From Eledone cirrhosa (Eukaryota): DNA of 64,000 bases. Position 1 is the stretch's first letter, and each line of letters begins with the position of its first letter. The stretch spans positions 37,138,001 to 37,202,000 of the forward strand of contig OZ024753.1 in the NCBI GenBank assembly GCA_964016885.1, read 5' to 3'. A program made the translations under genes and the position numbers. A model generated the notes under the pieces. That model ran no database searches. It was given only the letters and a program-made list of their open reading frames with translations, and was not told the DNA's origin. This document shows, piece by piece, positions 46,819 through 61,446 of the stretch.

Positions 46819-46851
<33 letters not shown>

Positions 46852-46864
46852 ACATATAAATGTG

Positions 46865-46911
<47 letters not shown>

Positions 46912-47186
46912 GTGTATATATGTATATATATATATGTATATATATAGTATTAAGGATACTATTTATGGTTATATATATACTAAAACCTTTTATAGTTATA
47001 TATATATTATACCCTAAATAGTGAAAGACAGTAATTTATTACTATCTTATTACCAGTAAGATAAATAGCTCAATGTAACAACATCAGTTGTTTTACAGAG
47101 CAGTTATATAGAGATATATATACATGTCTTTCTATATGTCTCTTGTGTTGAAAAGGAGGTCAAGTATGTTAAAAATCACTGAATAA

Positions 47187-47235
47187 TTGCTCCGAAGACT
47201 CCAAACCTTGGTTTGGAAGAAACAATTGTAAGCAG
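47187..47235 (+). ncRNA. Hammerhead variant with CCGAAGA core (also intact at 55109-55157)
   Basis: UUGCU-CCGAAGA-C-UCCAAAC(CUUG)GUUUGGA-A-GAAA-CAAUUG-UA^AGCAG; palindromic ACAAUUGU stem III. Confidence 0.7.
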
Positions 47236-47806
47236 ATAAATGATTTAAACAGAACTTTGTTTCATGTAATCTCTATATGTATATATATACATATAAATGT
47301 GTATATATGTATATATATATATGTATATAAGTATATATATGTATATATATATATACATATAAATGTGTATAAATGTATATATATAGGTATATGTATATAT
47401 ATACATATAAATGTGTATATATGTATATATATATGTATACATATGTATATATGTATACATATAAATGTATATATATGTATGTATATATATGTATATATAT
47501 ATATGTATCTATATATGTATACATATATATATACATATATACACATTTATATATATATGTATATATATATATATATATATACATATAAATGTGTATATAT
47601 GTATATATATGTGTATATATATATACATATAAATGTGTATATATATATATATATATACATATAAATGTGTATATATGTATATATATATATACATATAAAT
47701 GTGTGTATATATATATATATTACATATGTGAATATATGTATATACATGTATATATATATATATATATTTACATATAAATGTGTAGATATACTTATGTGAA
47801 TATATG

Positions 47807-47839
<33 letters not shown>

Positions 47840-47928
47840 GTATATATATACACATATGTATATATATGTATATATACATATACATATAAATGTGAATATA
47901 TGTATATATATATATATGTATATATATG

Positions 47929-47962
<34 letters not shown>

Positions 47963-48186
47963 CATATAAATGTGTATATATGTCTATAAATGTGTGTATA
48001 TATATATATGTATATAAATGTATATAAATTTGTATATATGTATATATATATATATATAAATATATATATATAAATATGTATGTATATATATGTATATGAA
48101 TATGTATATATACATATATATATTTGTATATGAATATGTATACATATTTATATACACACACACATATGTATATATATAATGTATAT

Positions 48187-48247
<61 letters not shown>

Positions 48248-48258
48248 GTATGTATATA

Positions 48259-50141
48259 CATTATATCATTTGTTAAAATAATAAAATAAAATCATTCCTG
48301 CTACGCCAGTTCGATATTGAACGACTCACCTCGTTACGAAACAATGAATACCCATTACTCCTACAACGAAGCTACCAGAAAATTTGCTGAAATATTATAT
48401 ATTTAAAGTATTAAAACCTTAAATTTATTTATTCAATTATAAATACGGAAAGTGTAGCGATAGAAGACAAATAAAACTTCAAAATAATCATAATATCCGA
48501 TATTGTTTTAAGAATAATAGTGTAAAATTAAAATTGACACCGGTTTCGGGATTTCTCGTTACCCTTGCCCTGTCGCTCCCATGGTAACTTGATGTTCAGA
48601 TTAAAGAGAGGAGGGGAGTAAATTAATTGTATACATTCATTTACTTATATCAAACAAGGAACAAGATGTCGGGAAAGAAATTTAAAAATTTGGCTTCGTT
48701 AAAAAACAAAAATTCAATCATTACCCCTCCCATGATGCAACAGTAGAGGTAAATACTTTGACTATTTAGCGACATCAGTTCCCCAAATTTCACCGTGGCG
48801 AAATCTCAAGAACGATAACTCTGGTTTTACTTAATCGCAAAAATGAGTGCAAAAACGTTTCAGTTGGGAAGTTTTTTTTATGTATGTATTATATGTATAT
48901 ATTTATATGTATCTCTCTCTCTCTCTCTCAGTATATATATATAATTACTTAATACAAATTACTTAACATATATATATATATATAAATATATAGATATAGA
49001 TATATATATATATATAGAGAGAGAGAGAGCAGATGTATTCCGTCGGTTACGCCGACGAAAATTCCTAAGAAATAAAATCTGACGAAGAAAGCATGAACGG
49101 CATCACATGTTTTTTTTACAATGTTGTTCACCTACCCAGCGTTGGTTTGAACCTGTAACTCGGGTTTCATTTCTCTCTGTGTGTGTATGTGTGTGAGACC
49201 GAGACCTACAATAGTACCTCATTTCCATATTAGATTGTGTGTGTCTGTGTGTAAATCTATTACGATTTGGTCTTACCTTATTTACATATGTGTCTGTATG
49301 TCAATCAGTTACGAACCTACAATGGTTGGCGTCATATATATATATATATAACATTAAATTAAAAATCGATTGACATATATATATATATAAAATAAACACA
49401 TCAGGGCATAATTTGTAAACAGTGTATACACACATACATATTAAAAATTAACGAGAATCTCAAATATAAGATACCTTGCAAAAATGATTAATCTCCTTTC
49501 ATTAAATAAATATATTTGATCATTAATCGGCAAATTACAGATCTTAAATTCCGGATCATCTCAAAGGAGGATATTTAACTATTTGTGATTAAACACGTAA
49601 AACAAATCTGGAAATGACGAAAAGCATGTGTGGTTTTAAAAAAAAATACACGTCGCCCCGCTGTGAACTCAGTGACGTTAATGGGATTATCGACAGCTAG
49701 AAATAGCAGCCCTTTTAATTGTTTTATGTGTTTATTTTATATATATATATATGTCAATCGATTTTTAATTTAATGTTAATAAATCCTCAGATTAGAATCT
49801 TTGAGCTTATTCTACAGGTGGTATTGCACATGTTTATATATATATATAACGCCAACTATTGTAAGTTCGTAATCTGACTGACAAACATATGTGAATAAAG
49901 TAAGGCCAAATCGTAATAGATTCTAATATTACACACAGCCACACAGACTCTCGGTCTCACACACACACACAGACTAAAATGAAACTCGGGTTACAGGTTC
50001 AAACCAACCCTGGGTAGGTGAGCAACATAGTAAAAAAAACATGTGGTGTCGTTCATGCCTTTCTTGGAGTGGTTAGTCAAATTTTACTTCTTAGTAATAA
50101 AAACAGGAATTCTCGTCGTCGTAACCGACGGAGTACCACTG

Positions 50142-50174
<33 letters not shown>

Positions 50175-51074
50175 GGAACGAGTAGGACCCCGACGGCTGA
50201 GCTGAAGCCGTTTCGACGGCTAATTCTGGACTAAAATTAGCTGTCGAAACGGCTTGAGCTCAGCCGTCGAGGTCCTACTCGTTCCTAATACCCACTCTAC
50301 TACCCTAAGTATTGAGTACTTTGGTGCGTTATAATCCCCCTGGTTCCTTACCACATTTCCTTCGTTATATATATATATATATATATATATATAATGTGTG
50401 TGTGTTAAGTAATATTTATTATAAGAACAGATTAAGGCAAAGAAGAATCGCTGTTTCACCCTGACATACAAGCTTGCCCTACTTTTTTACACCGATTTTC
50501 GCGATTAAGTAAAACCGGAGTTATCGTTCTTGAGATTTCGGCTCGGGGAAATTTGGGGAACTGATGTCGCTAAATAGTCAAAGTATTTACCTCTACTGTT
50601 GCATCATGGGAGGGGTAATGGCTGAATTTTTTTTTTTTACCGAAGCCAAATTTTTAAATTTCTTTCACGGCATCTTGTTCCTTGTTTTATATAAGTAAAT
50701 GAATATATACAATTAATTTACTCCCTTCCTCTCTTTAATCTGAACATCAAGTTACCATGGGAGCGACAGGGCAAGGGTAACGGGAAATCCCGAAACCGGT
50801 GTCAATTTTACACTATTATTCTTAAAACATTATCGGATATTATGATTATTTTGAAGTTTTATTTGTCTTCTATCGCTACACTTTCCGTATTTATAATTGA
50901 ATAAATAATTTAAGGTTTTAATACTTTAAATATATAATATTTCCGCAAATTTTCTGGTAGCTTCGTTGCTAGGAGTAATGGGTATTTATTGTTTCGTAAC
51001 GAGGTGAGTCGTTCAATATCGAACTGGCGTAGCAGGAATGATTTTATTATTTTATTTTAACAAATGATATAATG
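48259..51074. mobile_element. ~2.8-kb foldback palindrome, copy 1 (unclassified long-TIR element)
   Basis: CATTATATCATTTGTTAAAAT... / ...ATTTTAACAAATGATATAATG; ~580-bp highly similar outer arms, diverged inner arms, ~340-bp spacer (~49395-49730). Confidence 0.85.
50172..50368 (+). mobile_element. Family A element nested in the right arm of foldback 1 (equivalent insertion at 58584-58778 in foldback 2)
   Basis: Inserted in the (TA)n that mirrors ~48960-49015 of the left arm. Confidence 0.9.
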
Positions 51075-51137
51075 AATATATACATATTTATATGTACATA
51101 TACATATTTACGTGTGTGTGTATATATATATATGGAA

Positions 51138-51179
<42 letters not shown>

Positions 51180-51356
51180 GAGTGTATATGTATATATATA
51201 TATATATATACATATGTGTATATATGTATATGTATATATAAATGAGTGTATATGTATATATATATATATATATACATATGTGTATATATGTATATATAAA
51301 TGAGTGTATATAAATGAGTGTATATGTATATATATATATATATATATACATATGTG

Positions 51357-51409
<53 letters not shown>

Positions 51410-51767
51410 GTGTATACAAATGTGTATATATGTATATATATATACATATAAATGTGTATATAAATATATATATGTATATATGTATATATATATGTATATA
51501 TATATACATATAAATGTGTATATAAATATATATATGTATATATGTATATATACATATAAATGTATATATATGTATATATACATATAAATGTGTATATATG
51601 CATATATATAGGTATATGTATATATATACATATAAATGTGTATATATGCATATATATAGGTATATGTATATATATACATATAAATGTGTATATATGTATA
51701 TATATGTATATATGTATACATATAAATGTATATATATATATTTATACATATATACATATATACACAC

Positions 51768-51807
<40 letters not shown>

Positions 51808-52111
51808 GTGTATATATGTATATATATATGTTTATATATATATATATATATACATATAAATGTGTATATATGTATATATATATATATATATATAAATATG
51901 TATGTATATGAATATGTATGTATGTATATGAATATGTATGTATATATATGTATATGAATATGTATATATAAATATATATATTTGTATATGAATATGTATA
52001 CATATAATGTATATACACACACACATATGTATATATATAATGTATATACGTACATATAAATATATATCCAATACTGAGAATCAAGAGTATTCCTACTGAC
52101 AACATATATAA

Positions 52112-52167
<56 letters not shown>

Positions 52168-52170
52168 GTG

Positions 52171-52225
<55 letters not shown>

Positions 52226-52232
52226 ATGTGTA

Positions 52233-52267
<35 letters not shown>

Positions 52268-52887
52268 ATGTGTATATATGTATATATGTATATATATAGT
52301 ATTAAGGATACTATTTATAGTTATATATATACTAAAATCTTTTATAGTTATATATATATTATACCCTAAATAGTGAAAGACAGTAATTTATTACTATCTT
52401 ATTACCAGTAAGATAAATAGCTCAATGTAACAACATCAGTTGTTTTACAGAGCAGTTATATAGAGATATATATACATGTCTTTCTATATGTCTCTTGTGT
52501 TGAAAAGGAGGTCAAGTATGTTGAAAATCATTGAATAATTGCTCCGAAGACTCCAAACTTTGGTTTGGAAGAAACAATTGTAAGAAGATAAATGATTTAA
52601 ACAGAACTTTGTTTCATGTAATCTCTCTCTCTCTATATATATATACATATAAATGTGTATATATGTATATATATATGTATATAAGTATATATATGTATAT
52701 ATATGTATACATATAAATGTGTATATATGTATATATATATAAGTATATGTATATATATACATTTAAATGTGTATATATGTATATATATATGTATACATAT
52801 GTATATATGTATACATATAAATGTATATGTATATATATATATATATGTATATATGTATACATATATATATACATATATACACACATT

Positions 52888-52919
<32 letters not shown>

Positions 52920-53168
52920 TAAATGTGTATATATGTATATATATATGCATATATATATATATATATATATAAATGTGTATTTATATATACATATAAATGT
53001 GTATTTATATATACATATAAATGTGTATACATATACATATAAATGTGTATATATGTATATATATATACATATAAATGTGTATATATATATATTACATATG
53101 TGAATATATGTATATACATGCATATATATTTACATATAAATGGGTAGATATACTTATGTGAATATATG

Positions 53169-53200
<32 letters not shown>

Positions 53201-53282
53201 CATATGTATATATACATATACATATAAATGTGTATATACGTCTATAAATGTGTGTATATATATATATTTATATAAATGTGTA

Positions 53283-53322
<40 letters not shown>

Positions 53323-53510
53323 TGTATATATATGTATATGAATATGTATATATACATATATATATTTGTATATGAATATGTATTGATATAATGTATATAC
53401 ACACATATGTATATATATAATGTATATACATACATATAAATATATATACAATACTGGGTCTAATACTGAGAATCAAGAATATTCCTGCTGACAACATATA
53501 TAAATGTGTA

Positions 53511-53551
<41 letters not shown>

Positions 53552-54211
53552 GTGTATATATATGTATATATGTATATGTATAGTATTAAGGATACTATTT
53601 ATGGTTATGTATATACTAAAACCTTTTATAGTTATATATATATATTATACCCTAAATAGTGAAAGACAGTAATTTATTACTATCTTATTACCAGTAAGAT
53701 AAATAGCTCAATGTAACAACATCAGTTGTTTTACAGAGCAGTTATATAGAGATATATATACATGTCTTTCTATATGTCTCTTGTGTTGAAAAGGAGGTCA
53801 AGTATGTTAAAAATCACCGAATAATTGCTCCGAAGACTCCAAACCTTGGTTTGGAAGAAACAATTGTAAGAAGATAAATGATTTAAACAGAACTTTGTTT
53901 CATGTAATCTCTCTCTCTCTATATATATATACATATAAATGTGTATATATGTATATATATATATGTATATAAGTATATATATGTATATATATATATATAC
54001 ATATTAATGTGTATATATGTATATATATATAAGTATATGTATATATATACATTTAGATTTGTATATATGTATATATATATATATGTATACATATAAATAT
54101 ATATATATGTATATATATATATGTATATATATATATGTATACATATATATATATATACACACATTTATATATATATATGTATACATATATATATACATAT
54201 ATACACACATT

Positions 54212-54256
<45 letters not shown>

Positions 54257-54484
54257 GTGTATATATGTATATATATATGCATATAAATGTGTATATATAT
54301 ATATATATTACATATGTGAATATATGTATATACATGTATATATATTTACATATAAATGGGTAGATATACTTATGTGAATATATGTATATATATATACATA
54401 TGTATATATACATATACATATAAATGCGTATATATGTCTATAAATGTGTGTATATATATATATGTATATAAATGTGTATATATT

Positions 54485-54526
<42 letters not shown>

Positions 54527-54736
54527 TGTATGTATATATATGTATATATACATATATATATTTGTATATGAATATGTATACATATAATGTATATACACAC
54601 ACATGTATATATATAATGTATATACATACATATAAATATATATCCAATACTGAGAATCAAGAATATTCCTGCTGACAACATATATAAATGTGTATATATT
54701 TTTATGTATATATATATATATATACATATAAATGTG

Positions 54737-54769
<33 letters not shown>

Positions 54770-54786
54770 ATATACATATCAATGTG

Positions 54787-54831
<45 letters not shown>

Positions 54832-55465
54832 ATGTGTATATATGTATATATATATATGTATATATATAGTATTAAGGATACTATTTATGGTTATGTATAT
54901 ACTAAAATCTTTTATAGTTATATATATATTATACCCTAAATAGTGAAAGACAGTAATTTATTACTATCTTATTACCAGTAAGATAAATAGCTCAATGTAA
55001 CAACATCAGTTGTTTTACAGAGCAGTTATATAGAGATATATATACATATCTTTCTATATGTCTCTTGTGTTGAAAAGGAGGTCAAGTATGTTAAAAATCA
55101 CTGAATAATTGCTCCGAAGACTCCAAACCTTGGTTTGGAAGAAACAATTGTAAGCAGATAAATGATTTAAACAGAACTTTGTTTCATGTAATCTCTATAT
55201 GTATATATACATATACATATAAATGTGTATATATGTATATATATATGTATATAAGTATATATATGTATATATATATACATATAAATGTGTATATATGTAT
55301 ATATATAGGTATATGTATATATATACATATAAATGTGTATATATGTATATATATATGTATACATATGTATATATGTATACATATAAATGTATGTATATGT
55401 ATGTATATATATGTATATATATGTACATATATATGTATACATATATATATACATATATACACATT

Positions 55466-55536
<71 letters not shown>

Positions 55537-55565
55537 ATGTGTATATATGTATATATATATGTATA

Positions 55566-55997
55566 TGTAGGAGGTGAGTTTTATTGTAGTACAATAAAGC
55601 AATGCAGATATCGGATAAGAAGCACTCTACAGTTTGTGGGACTGGAGTATGCATAATATAAGATCAAAAGATGGTTAAAGGAGTTCAATATATTTTATTA
55701 TGCGCATTTCAAAAACAAACATCATCAAACAATAATATTTGTGTTTTCATCAGATAAAACAGGAGAACATGATATGAAGGCTAAAAAAACACTTGTTGAT
55801 AGTGCAGTTTTAAATCAACATATCATGATATGTTGATTTAAAACTGCACTATCAACAAGTGTTTTTTTAGCCTTCATATCATGTTCTCCTGTTTTATCTG
55901 ATGAAAACACAAATATTATTGTTTGATGATGTTTGTTTTTGAAATGCGCATAATAAAATATATTGAACTCCTTTAACCATCTTTTGATCTTATATTA
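55566..55997 (-). mobile_element. Fold-back element, family B (perfect ~345-bp palindrome; hammerheads 55692-55760 minus, 55891-55959 plus)
   Basis: Centre CAACATATCA|TGATATGTTG; absent from the paralogous position at ~47.6 kb. Confidence 0.92.
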
Positions 55998-56194
55998 TAT
56001 ATGTATATATACATATAAATGTGTATATATGTATATATATATATACATATAAATGTGTATATATGTATATATATATATACATATAAATGTGTATATATAT
56101 ATATATATATTACATATGTGAATATATGTATATACATGTATATATATATATATATTTACATATAAATGTGTAGATATACTTATGTGAATATATG

Positions 56195-56227
<33 letters not shown>

Positions 56228-56559
56228 GTATATATATACACATATGTATATATATGTATATATACATATACATATAAATGTGAATATATGTATATATATA
56301 TATATGTATATATATATATACATATGTATATATATGTATATATACATATACATATAAATGTGTATATATGTTTATAAATGTGTGTATATATATATATGTA
56401 TATAAATGTATATAAATTTGTATATATGTATATATATATATATATATATAAATATGAATGTATATATATGTATATGAATATGTATATATACATGTATATA
56501 TTTGTATATGAATATGTATACATATTTATATACACACACACATATGTATATATATAATG

Positions 56560-56610
<51 letters not shown>

Positions 56611-56622
56611 TGTATGTATATA

Positions 56623-58550
56623 CATTATATCATTTGTTAAAATAATAAAATAAAATCATTCCTGCTACGCCAGTTCGATATTGAACGACTCACCTCGTTA
56701 CGAAACAATAAATACCCATTACTCCTAGCAACGAAGCTACCAGAAAATTTGCTGAAATATTATATATTTAAAGTATTAAAACCTTAAATTTATTTATTCA
56801 ATTATAAATACGGAAAGTGTAGCGATAGAAGACAAATAAAACTTCAAAATAATCATAATATCCGATATTGTTTTAAGAATAATAGTGTAAAATTAAAATT
56901 GACACCGGTTTCGGGATTTCCCGTTACACTTGCCCTGTCGCTCCCATGGTAACTTGATGTTCAGATTAAAGAGAGGAGGGGAGTAAATTAATTGTATACA
57001 TTCATTTACTTATATCAAACAAGGAACAAGATGTCGGGAAAGAAATTTAAAAATTTGGCTTCGTTAAAAAACAAAAATTCAATCATTACCCCTCCCATGA
57101 TGCAACAGTAGAGGTAAATACTTTGACTATTTAGCGACATCAGTTCCCCAAATTTCACCGTGGCGAAATCTCAAGAACGATAACTCTGGTTTTACTTAAT
57201 CGCAAAAATGAGTGCAAAAACGTTTCAGTTGGGAAGTTTTTTTTATGTATGTATTATATGTATATATTTATATGTATCTCTCTCTCTGTATATATATATC
57301 TCTCTCTCAGTATATATATATAATTACTTAATACAAATTACTTAACATATATATATATATAAATATATAGATATATATATATATATAGAGAGAGAGAGCA
57401 GATGTATTCCGTCGGTTACGCCGACGAAAATTCCTAAGAAATAATATCTGACGAAGAAAGACATGAACGGCATCACATGTTTTTTTTTACAATGTTGTTC
57501 ACCTACCCAGCGTTGGTTTGAACCTGTAACTCGGGTTTGTATGTGTATGTATGTGTGTGTATGTCTGTGTGTGTATGTGTGTGAGACCGAGACCTACAAT
57601 AGTACCTCATTTCCATATTAGATTGTGTGTGTCTGTGTGTAAATCTATTACGATTTGGTCTTACCTTATTTACATATGTCTGTATGTCAATCAGTTACGA
57701 ACCTACAATGGTTGGCGTCATATATATATATAACATTAAATTAAAAATCGATTGACATATAATATATATATATATATATGAAATAAAAACATCAGGCCAT
57801 AATTTGTAAACAGTGTATACACACATACATATTAAAAATTAACGAGAATCTCAAATATAAGATACCTTGCAAAAATGATTAATCTCCTTTCATTAAATAA
57901 ATATATTTGATCATTAATCGGCAAATTACAGATCTTAAATTCCGGATCATCTCAAAGGAGGATATTTAACTATTTGTGATTAAACACGGAGAACAAATCT
58001 GGAAATGACGAAAAGCAAGTGTGGTTTTAAAAAAAAACACACGTCGCCCCGCTGTGAACTCAGTGACGTTAATGGGATTATCGACAGCTAGAAATAGCAG
58101 CCCTTTTAATTGTTTTATGTGTTTATTTTATATATATATATATGTCAATCGATTTTTAATTTAATGTTAATAAATCCTCAGATTAGAATCTTTGAGCTTA
58201 TTCTACAGGTGGTATTGCACATGTTTATATATATATATAACGCCAACTATTGTAAGTTCGTAATCTGACTGACAAACATATGTGAATAAAGTAAGACCAA
58301 ATCGTAATAGATTCTAATATTACACACAGCCACACAGACTCTCAGTCCCACACACACAGACTAAAATGAAACTCGGGTTACAGGTTGAAACCAACCCTGG
58401 GTAGGTGAGCAACATAGTAAAAAAACATGTGGTGTCGTTCATGCCTTTCTTAGTGTGGTTAGTCAAATTTTATTTCTTAGTAATAAAAACAGGAATTCTC
58501 GTCGTCGTAACCGACGGAGTACCACTACTCTCTCTCTCTCTCTCTCTCTA

Positions 58551-58588
<38 letters not shown>

Positions 58589-59496
58589 AACGAGTAGGAC
58601 CCCGACGGCTGAGCTCAAGCCGTTTCGACGGCTAATTCTGGAATCGAATTAGCTGTCGAAACGGCTTCAGCTCAGCCGTCGGGGTCCTACTCGTTCCTAT
58701 TACCTACTCTACTATCCTAAGTATTGAGTACTTTGGTGCGTTATGGTCCACCTGGTTCCTTACCACATTTCCTTCGTTATATATACATATATAATGTGTG
58801 TGTGTGTGTTAAGTAATATTTATTATAAGAACAGATTAAAGCAAAGAATCGCTGTTTCACCCTTACATACAAATCATACATAAAAAGCTTGCTCTACTTT
58901 TTTACACCGAATTTCGCGATTAAGTAAAACCAGAGTTATCGTTCTTGAGATTTCGGCTCGGAGAAATTTGGGGAACTGATGTCGCTAAATCGTCAAAGTA
59001 TTTACCTCTACTGTTGCATCATGGGAGGGGTAATGGCTGAATTTTTTTCTTTTAACGAAGCCAAATTTTTTTATTTCTTTCACGGCATCTTGTTCCTTGT
59101 TTGATATAAGTAAATGAATATATACAATTAATTTACTCCCTTCCTCTCTTTAATCTGAACATCAAGTTACCATGGGAGCGACAGGGCAAGAATAACGGGA
59201 AAATCCCGAAACCGGTGTCAATTTTAATTTTACACTATTATTCTTAAAACAATGTCGGATATTATGATTATTTTGAAGTTTTATTTGTCTTCTATCGCTA
59301 CACTTTCCGTATTTATAATTGAATAAATAATTTAAGGTTTTAATACTTTAAATATATAATATTTCAGCAAATTTTCTGGTAGCTTCGTTGCTAGGAGTAA
59401 CGGGTATTTATTGTTTCGTAACGTGGTGAGTAGTTCAATATCGAACTGGCGCAGCAGGAATAATTTTATTTTATTATTTTAACAGATGATATAATG
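56623..59496. mobile_element. ~2.9-kb foldback palindrome, copy 2
   Basis: Colinear with copy 1, with scattered substitutions and indels. Confidence 0.85.
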
Positions 59497-59601
59497 TATA
59501 TATACATATTTATATGTACATATACATATTTACGTGTGTGTCTATATATATATATATATATATGGAAGGATATATATATATATATATATATATATATGGA
59601 A

Positions 59602-59643
<42 letters not shown>

Positions 59644-59922
59644 AAGGATATATATATAAACGGAAAAAATGAAACGAAATTTCATTTCCCACTCTTAGTA
59701 CGGCTGTTACTTAAATATAAGTATGTACACGTACATACATATATGTATACAGACGTACAGTAGTATGTACATATATATACATACATGCACACATATATAT
59801 ATGTACGTATGGATTCACCGAACATTTAATATAATGCTCGGTGTGTTTGTAAACAAACATCCCGTATTAAGCCGTAGTGTCTAGCAACCATCGTTGCTCG
59901 TTTGTTCAATACTGACAAAGGA

Positions 59923-59965
59923 ACGCTGTACTAGTTTCAAGCTTATTAGCTATCGTCAGCAACGT
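59923..59965 (-). ncRNA. Minimal type I hammerhead ribozyme (family H)
   Basis: ACGUUG-CUGACGA-U-AGCU(AAUA)AGCU-U-GAAA-CUAG-UA^CAGCGU; 6-bp stem I, palindromic ACUAGU stem III. Confidence 0.85.
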
Positions 59966-60519
59966 ATACCTTCCTACCATACGTCTGTATACATATATGT
60001 ATGTACGTGTACATACTGATATATATATATATATAATGTGTGTGTGTGTGTGTGAAACAGAAAGTATGAGGTGTGTGTGTGTGCGTGTATGTGTGTGCGA
60101 GAGAGAGGGAGAGAGGGAGGCAGGTGCCAGGAAACCTTGCTTTATACCAAGTTCAGGTAGAAATGTACTTACCAGAACAATAGTATTTTTACCCTATATT
60201 TTTATTTTTATCTACAACGTAAACAATCATCGTCATCCCTCTCAGCTGCAGTAGCGTCACTGTTGTCGTAATTCCTCCTCCTCCTCCTCCCCTCCTTCTT
60301 TTTCTTCTTTTTCTTTTTCTTTTTCTTTTTCTTCTTTTTCTTTTTCTTTTTCTTTTCCTTTTTCTTCTTTTTTTTCTTTATCTTTTTTTTTCTTTTTCTT
60401 TTTTTTTCATTATCTTTTTTTTCTTTTTCTTTTTCTTTTTCTTTTTCTTTTTCTTTTTCTTTTTCTTTTTCTTTTTTTCTTCTTTTTTTCTTTTTTTTCT
60501 TTTTTTTTCCTTCTTTTTC

Positions 60520-60750
60520 TTCATAATGATCACCATCTTCATTATCCCCACCACCGCCATCATCTTCAACATCATCATTCTTTTTTTCTCTTCTTCTTCT
60601 TCTTCTTCATAATGATCACCATCTTCATTATCCCCACCACCGCCATCATCTTCAACATCATCATTCTTTTTTTCTCTTCTTCTTCTTCTTCTTCTTCATA
60701 ATGATCACCATCTTCACCATCCCCACCACCGCTATCATCTTCAACATCAT
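60520..60750. repeat. Three ~88-bp tandem units (TTCATAATGATCACCATCTTC...) within a CT-rich tract
   Basis: Direct repetition. Confidence 0.85.
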
Positions 60751-61446
60751 AACTACCAGTATCATCATCATCATTCTTTTTTTCTTCTTCCTTCTTTTTC
60801 TTCTTCTTCTTCTTCTTTGTTTATTTTCAATTACGTATCTTCACCGCATGACTGAATAACTTTGCTTACGTGCCTTAGGTACATACTGTATGTTGTAAAG
60901 GTACTTGTATTGTTGGTTTACGTGCCATGGGTATATGCCGTATGCCTTAAGGGTACGTGTAGCCTTGGTTACGTGTCTTGGGTATATGCCGTGTACCTTA
61001 AGGATACGTGTGCTTTATTCTATAGACACTGGAGAAACGATTGGGTTGTCTGGTACCTGACTGGTTGGTATATATTTTATTGACGCGAGGTAGATCTAAA
61101 CTCGGCGGGATCTAAAATCAGAACTCACAGAGTTAGGGGTCATAATATTTCTCAAGCCCAGATGCTCATCAAACCAGAGCTTATCTCCGTTTCTTAGGAG
61201 TTGTTTGACTGATCAAATCATCCAAACGCAATAATTCTATCGATTTAGGATTAGGCAAGATTAGAGTAATCAGCCGACCACAAGAGTACTTCCTTCAATA
61301 CGGAAATGGTCAGGGTGGTATTTAGGCCTATAATCACAGTAAACAAATCACCAACGACAGGCTGAAGATTCATTCAACAACGGATCGAAACCCCTTGAAT
61401 AGATGAAATAAATTACAATATCTAATGAAGTTCTCTCCTTGTTTAA

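Larger units (their letters stand above)
45115..56620 (+). repeat. ~1.29-kb tandem units (36-bp motif + TA-rich spacer + ~330-bp hammerhead block), 5 copies in two runs separated by foldback 1
   Basis: Blocks at ~45655, 46947, 52298, 53582 and 54868; CCGAAGA cores at 45902, 47192, 52544, 53830 and 55114. Confidence 0.92.

Noticed and set aside
59845-59900. FOX (TGTAAACA) plus RFX half-site cluster as a ciliary-gene promoter
   Set aside because: Lies within the tail region of the family H element; short motifs are expected by chance.
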